This document shows, piece after piece, positions 1 to 14,781 of a stretch of DNA of 64,000 nt (position 1 is the first letter of the stretch; every line of letters starts with the position of its first letter). The notes beneath the pieces were generated by a model. It worked only from the letters and a program-made list of their open reading frames with translations, did no database searches and was not told where the DNA came from. The stretch comes from Tubulanus polymorphus (taxonomy: Eukaryota; Animalia; Nemertea), in NCBI RefSeq assembly GCF_964204645.1, contig NC_134026.1:6595950-6659949 (forward strand), in the 5' to 3' direction. The translations under genes were made by a program, and so were the position numbers.

Positions 1-3000
1 CGATGTCTCAGATAAAGGTCTCGAAAGGTGCAGCGAATTACCAGTAAGTGAAAAAAAAAATAATTTTCATCGCACGAACGAAACCTGAATCCAGAGTTCC
101 GAATATTCGATCCTGATTGAAAATGAACTAATCTAACTCTACAGTCAAATTATGAAAATTGGGGGATTTTTATTTCATCGGAGTTCTGATTGAAAGAAAA
201 TCATCGCAGCCTCAGGGATAAATCCACATCCACTTTATGATATTTCTTCGAATTATGACTCACTGGAAATATGAAATTTGAAATGTGAAATGATATTTTC
301 GGCCCCAGCGCTTCGAACGGGATGAGTTCCTTGGGCAGGTTTCGACTGAACATATTCCGGATTAGGAGTAGCAATTCCGGGTTACAAATTCTCTACTGAC
401 ACATCTATCAGGAACAGATAATGCTTCGTAGAGCATATTCTGATCGAAACGAACGCGCCATGAGGAGAATTCCCGAATCGGAAGAGACCAACCGAAACCT
501 GCCTTCAAATGGTGGCCTTCAGCAAACTAGATTTTTCTTTGGAATTTGCAAATAATTCTAATTGGTCCCCAAATACAACGAAATCATAGAAGCAAGCTGA
601 TTGATTGAAGGTATAGGTATAGCGGGTAAGCTGTAAGCATAAATCTATGTAAGAATGGACACTTTTTACAGCGTGCTCGTGGAGAAACAAATCAACAGCA
701 GTCAACAACATATCCTCCTTCCGTCCCGAAATCAAATAGGACCACAGTATGTAATATACCAGATTTCAATGTTTTTTTTCATTCACTCATTTTGGTTTAC
801 GATACTAAAACCCTCCAGGTCGATCGAAACCTGAAATTAAGCACCCTACGTAACCTATTTTCACAAAGCATGTGTGTTGTTTAAACCCCCCGTGGTGGTG
901 TTGAAGTTTGTCCTTCCTCTCGAAGTCCTACCTTCACCTTCCTATTCATGTGATGTGTTACAACGGTTTGATTTGCTGCAAAGGTGTATTTATTTTGTGA
1001 CAACAAATAAACGGATCCCCGTTGAAAACTTGAATTGAACAACTGGGTCCTTTTTGGCATATGTCAGTCTAAGCAGACTATGGGTCTGTGCAGTTCGTGA
1101 TATAAAATCCCAAATTGAAAAGAAAAGAGTCAGAAATGTTTCCTTGAGCTACACCATTCGACGTTTCGAATATGCCCTAATAGAGACACCATAGGAATAC
1201 TAATAATGATAGTGTGATATAACATAATTATGAGATGTAATAAGCTAAGCAGTCCGCGACAAAGGACATAGTAGAGGCTATTGATACTGTGTCTAACGTG
1301 CTTGGACTGTGACTGGTGATCAGAGAGAATGGGAGTCCCCATATCACTGTTCACAAATGAAGTCTGAAGCTGGTCTATAACTGGGTCCTCTTGTGTATAT
1401 GTCTAGAGAGGCTCCAAAGCTAATTATTAATCGATACATAAACAATTGTATATACAAATATCTGGTTCATTCGTACATACAACAAGTCTTAGGTCGGCAC
1501 GGCTTACGGATTGGAGTTGTGCGCGATGAAATATGGTTGGACGGGATTTAGCTTCAAGATTTTAGATTCAAACAATTTATGTTCAGAATAACAATTGAGC
1601 CTACAACGACCCACGTTATTACTTACCCCTTTGTTCGTTTGTGTGTAACTTTCGTGTTGTTGCTATCTTTTAAACTCTTGAAATATTACTTGGATGTCGA
1701 CATAAAAGATAATGTTGATATAGTCACGGAATTATTCTAGTGTTGATATGAATTCGCTGCCGAGTCATCCAAGTAGTATCGTTCTAAATGCATGAGCAAT
1801 AATTCAGACACTTCTTATCTAAACATTCTAATCGAACACATTTTAATCAATTTATTCACACTTTTTCTAACCACAGTCCAGAGATTTAACATGTCCTTTA
1901 AATTGTATTGTGATACCTAAAACATCAGTTCGCATGCGAGGGAAATTGAAGGGGATGTTGTCCATCTAATTTCTGATAGAAACTAATTTTCACGAACGGT
2001 GAGATTGAAGGGAATTTTCTGATTTGCGAGTGTATCTAATTTTTGGGAGAAGCTAATTTACGGACGGTCAAATCCTTAGAAAAAAATGCGCCCTGTGACG
2101 GTTCCTGATTCAAAAAGCGATGTTTATATTTTGAAATGTGTATTTTACTTTTTTCAGACGGCCCATGGACAATGCCCAGTCATGTGTCCAGCTGGCCCTC
2201 CTGGACCACCAGGGAAACAGGTAAATCAATCAACGAATTATTTAATTTTCGCACCACGATGATGCGCGTTGTCGAATGAAACACTGTAATCCTTGTCAAC
2301 TGCATTGTCATAACTCCTACAATATAATACGGAACCTCAACGTTCGCAAGTACAATGGCGAACCACCTGCTGGGACCAAAAGTTGGTTAAAGATACCATA
2401 GAAACAATGAACTTTAATCGTTACTTTTTCAACTATCCACTGCTCTTTCTCAAATTAACTCATCATTTGACCATTAGCCCCTGGTGATGGCTGCTGGTCG
2501 AAAGCCGAAACGGTATGGTTCAGTTTTGATAAATTCTAAATTTCGTCTCGAGGAATTCAATTTCGGGATGTTTTGCATTCTTCATAGTGTCAATATTGTA
2601 CGCATTTTCTGCTTATTCTGAAGGGTTCACAAGGACCTCCAGGCCCGAATGGTTTGAAGGGTCTCGCGGGGTTACCTGGATTACAAGGTCAGAAAGGAAA
2701 TACTGGGATGCCCGGAAGAGATGGTCTAAAAGTAAGTCATTCACGATTTTCCCAGCGATATTTTATGGATTTATTCGAGTTGTTGAAGTCACTGTTTGAA
2801 CTATTTTAGGGACAGGATGGTGCACCCGGTGTTCCTGGACCAATCGGACCCCCAGGAAAACAAGGCATAGGGGGACAGCCGGTAGGTTATCAAAGCATCT
2901 TTTTTAGAGGGAAAATTACTAAAAGCCTTCTCAAAATGTTCTAGATTTACTCTTTATTCATCTGATTATTTGATCAGGGTAAAAATGGTTTGGATGGTGC

Positions 3001-6000
3001 TGTAGGACCGTATGGATTTCCTGGATTAAAGGTATTTCATACAGAATTAGAAATAAATTTACCAAAAGGGGAGAGGCTGAATCGTGCAATGACCGAAATT
3101 TTGGTTCGAACCCGTTAAATCTCGTTACTCGAGTTTTCAAATCAGATAATCAAATAGTATCGCAGAGACTCAGTCTTTCATTCTACTGCCATATTTGATG
3201 AACGGCTTTTGATGAAAAGTTGAAGTTATTACATTTTCGTCGGCTATATCTTCAGGGTGAACCTGGACCTGTAGGGCAATTCGGCCCGAGGGGACTAAAG
3301 GTAACCATGCAGTCTCAAATTTTGTCTAAATTTCATTTTTCATTGATATCTGAAACGCGCTTGTATATTTCATTGTTTTTCATTTTAGGGCGATAAAGGA
3401 GATATAGGGCCTGTTGGGCCTGCTGGGTCTGTTGGGCCTGTCGGGCCACCAGGACCAACCATATCTACTGTATGTATAGGTTTTCTATGTATTTTTAAGA
3501 TATCTATGACTTCATAATTACAGACAGTATACGAAATGTAATAATTCATTACAGGAGGGCACTGTGGTTGATGGCCCGAAAGGAGAACCAGGTCTACCGG
3601 GACCAAAGGTACCAACATTTTCAACGTACAAATTAAAATTTGCAGAATTGTTCGCTGTTTGTTTCAATTTTCCAAACATTTTGCTTTCCGCTTTAAACTT
3701 ATTCAACCGGTTAACGATTGCTTTCGAGATAATTTTCTGCGTTAAAATGTATGAATATTGTGTATCTGTAGGGTGGACGCGGGTTCGACGGAGCGCCTGG
3801 TTTACCAGGGATAAAGGTATCATTCAACCACGTATTGTTTATGTTTACTTTTGTGCACTATACGGAAATAAAATCAATTTGTTATTCTGACCATCAAATT
3901 CATAAAGCAAAGGTTTCAAAGGCCCGATAATGATAATTTGTATTTTCCTTATTGTTTAATTCGCGTAATCCTTGATATACAAACATGTAATATAATGCGT
4001 CATAAAAACGATTTTGATATTGAAATACATGCGCGTAGGGCTGTAAAATTAGGCATTGACATCAGAACATCAGGAAATATTCTATTCATTTTGATTTCAG
4101 GGTGAACAAGGAATAAAGGTATTTAACTTTACTATAATTCGAGTCGATGTATTTGTCTGAAAATACAACACGTAGTTTGATTTTGATCAACGCACTGTTT
4201 AGAATATATGATTATATTTTCTGTTAGGGTGATTCTGGTTCTGATGGTCTGGTAGGACCGCGTGGCCATCGCGGTATCAAAGTAAGAAATAGTATATTTT
4301 AATCTGCTTCTTCATATTCATCAGGATCCAAGTCCACAGTTGTCGGATAAGTTTGAGTCTAGGGCTAAATCGTTTAACTCTAGAGTCAATACTTACCGAG
4401 AACTATATGACGTATTGAATGAGTCCACGAATTCAGTAAATTCACGACCTTTTACCGCTCCAGTTGTTGCCCCAGTTGTTGAATGTTAACATCCACGCAA
4501 TATTTGTGGTCGAGATTTTTTCTTAAGTACATGTATATACTTTTTGATAGTAGAAAATGTCGTAATACGTCGTGTGGGGTAATTGATCGTTGATTTAAAA
4601 TATTTTGCAGGGTGAACCCGGGATGCCTGGTCTCGCAAAAATGGACAATAAAACTTTGTCAAATCTGGCGGTAAGTTGAACTAAATATCAAATGGATACA
4701 ATAACCAATGTTTCTCAGTGGTTTAATATTTAATTCATTCTCTTAATTAAAGGAGACTTTGAGTGGAAGAGTAGGAACACGAAACCTAACGGCAATCAAA
4801 GGACAGAAGGTAAATTCGTGTGACATGTTTATTTCAATGAACGAAAGAAAAATGATAGAATTGATGAAATTTTAATAGGAATTTTGTATCGTTCAGGGTG
4901 AGAGAGGACCTGCCGGTTTTCCGGGGGATATCGGACCAAAAGGATCTGCGGTAAGCGAGGGTGGGTGGTACGGGTATCACAACTCTCAGGATTACTCGTA
5001 TAGCGAACAACGTAGACTAAACTGCGGTTTCACCGACTGTAAAAACCAGTCAACAATTTCACGCCAATATCCGGAGTATAAATGGAAATAAAATAAAGAC
5101 TGGTGGTAAAAAAAAACAATTTGTATATCGAGTCTTACCGGGAAATGTGTTTATTTCAGGGTTTGGATGGTGCAAATGGGGTGAAAGGTGACCAGGTACG
5201 TTCTGTACGGTTCGATTATTGATAGAAATACAAAATAGCGCAATAGTCAAAAATATTGAATTTGCTCGTATTTATCAGGGTCAGAAGGGTGAACAAGGAG
5301 AAGTTGGTCTTGAAGGACAACCAGGCCTAGCTGTGAGTTATTCATTAAATCTGTAAATTATCAATTCATTTATCGATATCAAAATGATACAAAAAGGCAG
5401 AAAGATACAGGTAAATAATGTATACAGATGGGCGCAAAGAACATGTATCAAGGAAATTGAAATAATCTACTCAAAGAAATTCGAGGACAAATATGAATAT
5501 AACCAAATACATAGACCATATACGCTTGAACACTATTTTACAATTTTTCAAATTCAATTTTCCAAAAAAAGCCTATTCATTTCATGGGAACATAAAAACA
5601 TAGACACTCAATAATATGGTCAAATGTTATCGTCGTTCATATCATATTTTCACCCAGGAAGTATTTGTGTCCACTCTGCTCTACGATGCTCTGTGACCCT
5701 AAGTTTATACTCAAAACTAAGGTTCTTATAGTGGTATCAAATCTTTAGTCAATGAATTCGAATACGCGTAAAACATCAGTATACAACGGGGTCTTGTAGA
5801 AAACGAAGGCCAGGTGAATTAGAATGGAATTTGATCTGTTTTTCTTTAACTATAGGGGAATCCCGGTCCGAGAGGTTATTCAGGAATAGATGGAATCAAT
5901 GGTCAACAGGTGTGTAATGATCCCTTCTCATCAAATATATACTCGATTTTAAATTCTTAAGATAGCTGTTAAACTTGGGCGGAATTTGAATTTATCTTCA

Positions 6001-9000
6001 GGGACCTCAGGGTATTCCAGGACCTGTCGGGCCGAAAGGAGACCAAGTAAGTAAAAAAAGGAAAATTTACGTTACGCCTTGCTAAGTCTCACAAAATCCA
6101 TTTGTAACTGAACGTTTGTGTTTTTAAGGGGCCGCCAGGACCAAGTGGAGTTGTAAGCGATAATATGGTGAGGGAGCTAATGACTAAATCGGATATAGTC
6201 GTTAAGGTAAATCAGTTAAAACTCAGATTACACACAAAAAAAGTTGAGGAATTCTTACCCGGAGGCTTGAATAATATGCCTGCATGAAATTAACTTATTT
6301 GAACGCAAGAGCTTAAAAACTATACTCTGAACAACTTGCATGTGATTGTTATATTTCTAGGGCCCACCGGGACCGGTTGGACCGGCTGGATCAAGAGGTA
6401 TCGCTGGACCCCGAGGGCCCGAAGGAGCACGTGGGGAGCGAGGACTCACTGGTTTACCAGGACCTGACGGGCGAGACGTATGTATTTTTTTCTTGAATGT
6501 AGAATGAAACTATAAAACCCGATAAAGGTTTAAATGTATTGTTTTTTTATTAGGGTCGCAACGGTGAACCAGGAGATCCAGGTCCGCCAGGATTCCCAGT
6601 AAGTATAATCTATATCCATCTGTATTCAGTAAAACTGGCGTCAACTTCAATTAATATAACATTCAACTATCCTTTAGGGACCAACTGGTCGAAAAGGTCC
6701 GAAAGGAGATCGCGGAATTTATGGTCCGAAGGTCGGTGTAGTTGAGAGAATATCAGTATGAAAAGAAACGACATTATGACACGTCAAACTAACGCTAGCT
6801 CTTATATTTCAGGGTGCCGTTGGATTCCCAGGACGGCCCGGGTTTAGAGGACCCCGCGGATTGCCTGTAAGCAATAAATATTTCGATAGGGCTAAATTTT
6901 GAATAACCCAATCCCTATCATAAACTCCAAGTATGATTTACGGTTTTTAGGGAGCGAAAGGCGATATAGGTGACCCAGGACGGACAGGTCCACCCGGCAT
7001 AGCGGGACCGAAGGTAGGGAGTAAATGATAAAGCTTTTAACACCTTCAAAGCAATGCATTAATCGGCGTTTAACTTTCAGGGTGCGCGTGGATTGATTGG
7101 GCCGCGAGGAAGTCTCGGACCGCGTGGTTTTACCGGTAGAGCTGGGCCACCGGTACGTTCTAATAACCGCATGCATTGATTGTATTTCTCTTGAATAAAT
7201 TACCTGATTGAATGGATATCGAATTGTTTTTTCTTCATCCAGGGCCCACCAGGACCGCCAGGAGAGGCTACGACAAAGGTATAAAAGCAACTACTGAGAA
7301 ATTCCCGTTTTCGAATTAGAAGATTCAATCAGCTATTCAAACTTTAAATCACAGTATCGTAATAATAAAACGTTAAATCCGACAAGATTGCGATTGGACT
7401 AAAAAGTCTATTGAATATAGATAAAGGAGATAAAACATAGATCCCCAGAAGAATTTTAAGACAGAAGATGGGTGGTAGTAGCCACCCGAAATATTTCTAT
7501 TCTCAATAACGTTTTAGTTCAATTACGTTTGTGGGATTTTACGCTGTATTGTGCTGTATTTGTAGGCATTCGAAGGAGGGCCAGTAGAAGACGCGGCTGC
7601 TCATACTGCAGGTGCTCAGGGTGTCTTAACTTTAAATACCAGAAATAACTATTTACGAGGACCAGAAGTACGTTCATTTCATTAAAACATATATCTATAT
7701 CACACAAACTGCATGAGAATAAATACAATTTCACCCATTGAGTATTTTATAAAAGCATGAGTCACTTCCACAAGCACTGGGTGGTCTGGTTTTGAACTTA
7801 ATTGAACTTAATTCAAGTTCATGCATATCATAACCCACAGGATGTTGGTCCAGCTGCATCGTCGAGGTCCATCTCTGTTTCATAGCCAATCTGTAGAACA
7901 TCTCGGAAAAATTTGCAACATTTTGCAGCTGGACTCTAGGTTTAAGGGATTTATCATATATTTTATATATAGTAATCTGATCAACTCTTACAGGGACAGC
8001 GTGGACTCCCAGGAAATCCTGGACAGGTATATTAAATAGAACATGCATGTTAAATGCTTTTACCCCCACACAGTGTTCGTTCCGTCACTATTATTTTTGA
8101 CTGTCCAAACTCGATCCTCGCAAATCTACGGTTCCAGACAGCGTCTGGATTTGGACAGCTTACTTTAATTATTTTCTTAGATAAATCGTTACTCGTCGAT
8201 TGACTTTTTATCTCTGTGTGTTTTTTTATAATATGAAAAATTACCAGGAAATGTTTCATGTTTTTTTCTGCTATGACCCGTTATTTTCTGATCAGTACAA
8301 ATCCCGCTGCATGAATTCAAAATCCTTCTCTTCAATGCACAATACAATATTTGATTCAGAATTTTTATTTTATTTTTGAGATTTTGTTCTTTGCTTTATT
8401 GATACAGGTATATGCAATATTTTCCTTTGTTTTCTTTTTGTGTTGTTTTTTTTAAATTCTTGTATGTGGTCCATGCCTGTTTCAGTTCATATAGGAAAAA
8501 TATTTGTGCTCAGAATCTTAATTCAGTTTTGACTAGTGTATAAATGTTGCAATTTAGATGAACTGCAGCCTAACGTTCAAAACACAGTTAAATAGTTTTC
8601 TTATTGTAGTATTTAAAGATTTAAAGCAAAAAATAATTCTGATTATGTAAATACCAAAAAATTGGTCTAGATATACCCCTATAATCGAAAATTTCTTTGT
8701 CAATTGCAGCCTGGGGCGCGTGGACCTCAAGGAGACACCGGTCCACCCGGAGCACCGGGTAATTCAGGACCACCCGGACCGACTGGTCTACCCGGATCAC
8801 CAGGACCACAGGGACTCGCTGGACAACCAGGAATGCCTGGAATGCCAGGAAGACCGGTAGGTTTATATCATCTGTGTACCATCACCATATATATACAAAC
8901 AACGTCCCTAAACTCTATAGACGCGTTCACACTATGTCTGAACGTTCTAAATTTAGCCCGTTCCTATTTAGAACGCACCAGGCGTTCACACCGACGAAAA

Positions 9001-12000
9001 ACCGTTCTAATTTCGACCGTTCTATTTTATAATGGACTTATCTAGACCGCCAAAAAACCGATGCACGTCCGTTCTAAATTTTGGAATGGACCATTCCTCT
9101 GTGTGTGAATAGAAACTTAGCGTGTCGATCACAGTGTTGCGTTTATAGCTGGACCAGTGATGGTCTGATTTGATGCTGATGACTTGATGCTGTCTTGAAA
9201 AGCATAACACGAGTGAGCGCAAAGCATTGATTTCTTCCATTCCAAATTAGTCCATTCCGTAGCACGGGCTAAATTAAGCAAGCGACAGTGTGGACGCGGT
9301 TTGTGTTTTAGTGTTCAGGTTGCTGATGGAAAAGTGACTGTTTTATATTTACAGGGACGCGATTCATACACTTACAGAACCCAAAATCGTAGAAACTATT
9401 ACTCAAAATTCCCAGACTCTTCCTCAAACGATACTAAGGTTTTATTCGTGTTGTTTTATTGAGGTTTATTGAGTTTTACGTGTCTAACACCCGTGTTTGT
9501 TTATTATTCCTCCACTAGGGAAACACTGTTACGGCTACTAATGATGCGTTGGTTTTCTACAATGCCATGCATGAATTTATAATTGATATCACAATTATTT
9601 TCCTAAACCCAAATTTTTAGTTTTTATCCCGAATTTTACCCCTAACCTTTTTCCTGTACCAAAATTTCAGTTTTTATCCAAAAATTTATGTTCTACAACT
9701 ATCCATTGATTTATTGAATGAGTGTTAAGATTTTTTTCAATGTTTAGCAAATGTTATTTAATTTTAAATTTTCAGTTAAATAATCATAATATTTTGCATG
9801 TTGTTTTAGTATCCAATCATTAAAGTTGTTGTTTAAAATATAAAATTCATTATTATCATATTTTGTCATGCGTTTATTGATTGTCATTTCACAAATTTTC
9901 ACTCGTTGAATATAACTCTTTCTCCGCTGATAATTCTCTGATGAAACGCTCGAGTTTTATTGTGATTTTAGGGCCGATCTCCAAGCGTTGAAGAAATTAG
10001 GAAAATCTGCTACGAAATTCTGAAAGGTAGGCGCGCAAACGTTGCATTCCGATTTGCTGATTAATATGCGACGACGATGAATTCTGATTTAATATGTTTT
10101 ACTATTTTCGTTTCTGTAGAACAAGCAGGGGACATCATTCGGGGACTCCGAGGTCCTAGAGGTCCGGTAGGATACGGCAGACCGGGCCCGCAAGGACCTC
10201 CCGGTGATCCAGGCCAGCCAGGTATACTTACTGGAAGGTACATGTACCTATCACCCACAATTGATCTCACGAAAGCATTTTACTAGAAGCACCCATACCG
10301 AATCTAATTGATTGAATCGAGCAAGCTGAAATATCCTTCCAATGTTAGAAATAGATGATTCAGATAATATCAAAGAGGTTTTGATCGCTATAGAACGAAT
10401 TGTATTTTAGGGGTCATCGGACCGAATGGTTTACAGGGGGAACCAGGAATGATAGGACCTCCCGGACCAACCGGACCGCCCGGAGACAGAGGAGTGCCCG
10501 GTACGTAAATCAGGCACACATTTTTTTCTATAGAATTACCCATCAGAGCTAAGTCTACATGTTTAAATCTATTCTTCAGGACCGCAGGGAGAGAGGGGGT
10601 TTAGAGGACAGCGAGGACGATCAACACTAGGTCCTGTAGGTCCTCCAGGCCTACCGGGTACGTACCAATTCATTCCGTAACCTATCAAATATTCATCTTA
10701 ACAAAACAAACCATTCGAAATTGATGATATATGAATATTTTTTACTGGTAACAGACGACAAAAAGAGGTATCGTGTAAATTCTCTCTGTTTTTGGCTGAT
10801 ATTCGGCTCTATTCAGTTCTCGGTGTTACGCATGTTTTCGTTTGTGACGTTACGATGTCATTTTTTAACGTACATTAACAACTGCGGATAATGCTGTTTA
10901 TCCATTGATTTACAGTTCCGTTCGCGGCGGTAAAACTGATTAGTTCAATTCATTTCATTCACTGAAACCGACATGAAATCAAATAGACGCCAACATCATT
11001 TTTCTAACTCTATTTTCCCATTCGTCGTTTTTTTTCTATTGTTTGTTGATGAAGTCTGCGCCGCGGGTTATTTGTGTTCTCTCCATTCAGTCCTTACGTC
11101 GTCCGTCGCATTTGCATGAATTATTTCGCGTTTGATTTCTTTTTTGTTCTTTTTTTTTGATGATTCTAATTTCTAACCGATAAAAACGGAGCTTAGTTCG
11201 ATTCGGATGACTTCGAGAACTATCTGAACTTGACTTAAAATTTGCCAAACAATTTTTTTAAGAATCCTGGTTTTCACGCGAGCGGTTTCTTTGCAATAGC
11301 TGAAAAAAGCTAAGTGGAAACCGTTCGTGAAAACCAGCCTTTAAAAAGTCAAATCGCTCTCAAGAATCGCTTTTTATTTAGAAATTCGTTTCACTATCAA
11401 AACGAAACTGCGAATGACGTTGCAAATTGCTTGTCAACTTCGTGCAATAGGCGACGATGTTTTACTAGTGATTGAGCATGTATTCAACATCATTGTCTTA
11501 TTGTATTCGACATCAAACTTATTGCCTGGACATAATGAATGAAAAATCACTCCTGAAGATGACTATTGATATACGAATTCGAAACGTTGAATAAATTATT
11601 AGAGCCCAAGGAAACATTTCGGGCTATCTATTTTTCTTTCTGAATATGGGATTTTTCTATATTATCGCCACATCGCTGACTCAGAGTGTTTCATCAGCAG
11701 TTGTCAAAGATTTCCTAATCTAGCTGTGTCAATATCACTATTACTCAACTAAGAATACTCTGATTTTTGCAGGTCCTAGAGGGCGGGCTGGGGTCGGCAT
11801 TCGTGGTGATCCCGGCGACGAAGGCCCGAGAGGTATACCCGGCCCACCCGGTAGCCCAGGAATGCCCGGACCGCAGGGCCCAGCCGGTACGTGTTCAGGG
11901 TGTTATCCGTCTGCTATGAGTGAATTCGGCGCCGCTCATTTGACGCCGATTATACATTCGTTCGGACAAATAAACAACGTTAGAAACAACGAAAACAGTA

Positions 12001-13721
12001 GAAATGATGAACAGAAGCCACCAGCAGCAGCGGCAACAACAACAACGGCAGCAGCAGCAGCGGATAATCCTCCTGATCTAGGACACGTATCCGGTGATTC
12101 CCAGAATGAAGATTCAGACTATCCAGCTTATTCGATCGACGATATCAAAATCATATCAATACCAATTCCAACACCACGAGGAGTCAGTGTTGAGAACCCG
12201 CGTGAGGAGGAGGTTAGTAGCGGAGGAGGTATCGCCAATAATGTCGAAAAGGTGACCATAATTCCGCTTGATAACGAATTAACCTCATCATCAGATACAA
12301 CATACACTGGATACGTCGAGACGAACAGTACAGACATTGATCATGTTTTACAGATCGAAAACTTAGCACCGAAACCATCATCAGACTTAGTCATTAAAAC
12401 TGATCAGTTAGCAATTACAGATAGCGGTATCGAGTCGGATGAGTTATCCGAACCGGTAAAACTTGTGAATAAGCAAACTACAGAAACTAGTGTCGATTCT
12501 AGTAGCGCATTACTAGGAAATGCTGTAGATCCTGGTAAAAGGTTACCAGAAACAAGCGTAGATCCTAGCAGTGCGTTACTAGGAACTGGCGTAGATCCTA
12601 GTAGTGCGTTATTAGGAACTAGTGTAGATCCTGGTAGGAAGTTACCAGAAAGTAACGTAGATCATGACAGTGCTTTACCAAAAACTATTGATGTCCAAGA
12701 GCAGCATTCTGCGGAAACAGAATCATCTAGATATCGCTTCAAAACGACGCCATTACTGAGGCCTACCCCAGCGCCACCTACACCTCATAGCGCACCACCT
12801 GAATCAGTACATACTACACCTGCAATACGAGCAACGACTCTCATCCCACAAACCGGTGAAAACAACATAAATAAACACGAGAAAACTAAAGGTAGTGATT
12901 TCAGTCCAGGGCAAATAATCATATCAGTGAGTTCACGTGACCATCAACCTGATCGCCATCGCGGTAATGAGAGAAACCGAGAATCAAAACAACCTTCAAC
13001 CGAGCGGCCAGTTCCTCTTCCTCAAGAACCACCACGACCAGCGCCGCGTATATCTATACAAACCGATACCAGTCATTCGAAACCAACGCGCCTTAAAAAA
13101 GTTAAATTCGGTATCGAAATCGAAACGTCGGTCGTGAAGAAACGAAAGACAGTTCCTCGACGGAATACTAGAACGAGAAACCATGTTGTTAGTAGCACGA
13201 GACCGTATAGACCTCACCTGCACAAAATGGCTACCGAGATACACCGGAAACACCGACCACGTGGTATAAGCGTGCGCGTGGTAACTCCCAGACGTGGAGA
13301 ATTCAAAAATGATATAGCTGTTGCCGATGCACCAATCAGCGACGACGATGATAGGTTTAAACGCGCAAAAGATTCGTCGATGAAAAAGAGAAATGAAATC
13401 GTCAGAAAACGAAAACTCCGTTTGAAACGAACTAGACCGCGAGCTCGGGCGGATAGAATCAAACGAGTTAGAAATAAAAGATGGCGTCGCGATAGTAACC
13501 TAAACAATCTAATAAACGATAGATTTAATGGTGTTTATAATCATAGATTGCGTCATCATCGGGGAAGATTTGATCGACGTAGTAAAGAATATCATCTTAA
13601 CTCAGAACATAAAAACTTTGATAGTAATCAGCAACCAAGTTCGCAAGTGTCTAGTAGCAATAATCGTGGCAGTGTGACTCATAGAAATGATTCAATGATG
13701 TTAGATTTCGGAGTACGATGA
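1..13721 (+). CDS. FACIT (type IX-like) collagen alpha chain, 5'-partial, many exons
   Basis: Gly-X-Y exons with GT-AG borders, mostly multiples of 9 nt (e.g. 1-43, 2158-2220, 2624-2731, 2810-2881, 2978-3031, 3256-3300, 4101-4118, 6361-6477, last exon 11773-13721). The first exon ends ...RCSELP, like the end of a TSPN/NC4 domain, followed by [11 protein letters not shown]. An NC2-like helix [20 protein letters not shown] sits near 9972-10130 and the last triple helix ends in GTCSGC. Confidence 0.9.
8921..9298. mobile_element. MITE-like element with imperfect terminal inverted repeats, in a collagen intron
   Basis: Left cgcgttcacact...atttagcccgttccta mirrors right tagcacgggctaaatt...agtgtggacgcg. 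Confidence 0.6.
11773..13721 (+). CDS. Terminal collagen exon: end of the last triple helix plus a ~600-aa low-complexity tail
   Basis: Acceptor ttttgcag at 11772. Open frame (ORF 11862-13721) continues Gly-X-Y, then an acidic Ser/Thr/Pro-rich region and an Arg/Lys/His-rich region. Confidence 0.85.
12480..12680 (+). repeat. Coding tandem repeat, 33 bp / 11 aa ([11 protein letters not shown] / [11 protein letters not shown]), about 6 units
   Basis: Repeated gtagatcct(a/g)g..g.g.gttac/t units in the sequence and in the translation. Confidence 0.85.
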
Positions 13722-14781
13722 CCGTTCGAACCATAGCGATTTATTTAATGTATATTGCAAACTGTGATTTGTATTCATGTTTTTGCATTTTTATTTGAAT
13801 TTTCAAAAACGATTTGACGGTTAAACTGCTACAGTAATATCAGTGTTGTGTGTATGTGTGTCTCGTTGGTACAAATTTATACCTCGTTTCTCTTTTTTAT
13901 GAGATGATACCCGCATGTCTCGCGGTTAGAAGAAAAACAAGTAAGTTTTGACAAATGTTGTTTACTGAAAAATCCGTGATCGTTTGCAATGCAGCTCATG
14001 TGGACATTACGTCGCGCCGTCTAGGGGTTGTTCGCGTCATCTTCATCTACATCGCCACCCTCAAGTGGCTATCTACGTCATCCTTTGTCATTTCAAAGAT
14101 TATCAAAATATAATAATCGATAGTTGGATTTTCATGCAATTTAAGTCATTGCATACTACATGTGTACGGGCTATAAGTACATATAACATGTAGATGAACA
14201 TGCGCATGTAACATGCGCCTGTAATGTTTTTACAATGTAATGTTTCTTCTACTCGATTTAGAAGCGCTTTTTGTTCGGTACGATTGGATGTCGATGCGCA
14301 TGCGTGTTATCACGTGGTGTATAAATGTTAATAAAGTTTCGTAAATGAATCAGATTTTCTTGCTGAATTGCCAATCGCTGCTTCAAGTTTTGTAGTATTG
14401 AGCATGCATGACTAAACGTATCAAACGTATACAGTTTCTAGTTTAACGTCCACGGATTGAGGCTTTTGAGAAACGGCAACTGAAGATACGACCAGAAGGG
14501 TACACATCCCCTGAAATGTTCATTGAATTTGTCCTCTAAAAAATTACATACTCGATGGTACATGTAACATGAATCAAAAAGCATTCCTAAGGAACTAAAA
14601 GGATCACTAATTACCCACAATATGGTCTTTATGGATTGCGTTCAAGGATCCAACCGGTTTTGAAAATCGAATGTTCACGAGATATTCCCCGCATTAAGCA
14701 ACGAGGAAGTTTTCATAAAGTAAAAACATTTATATTTTATATAAAAAGAACAAGTTCATAATGTTGATTCATATCTTTTTA

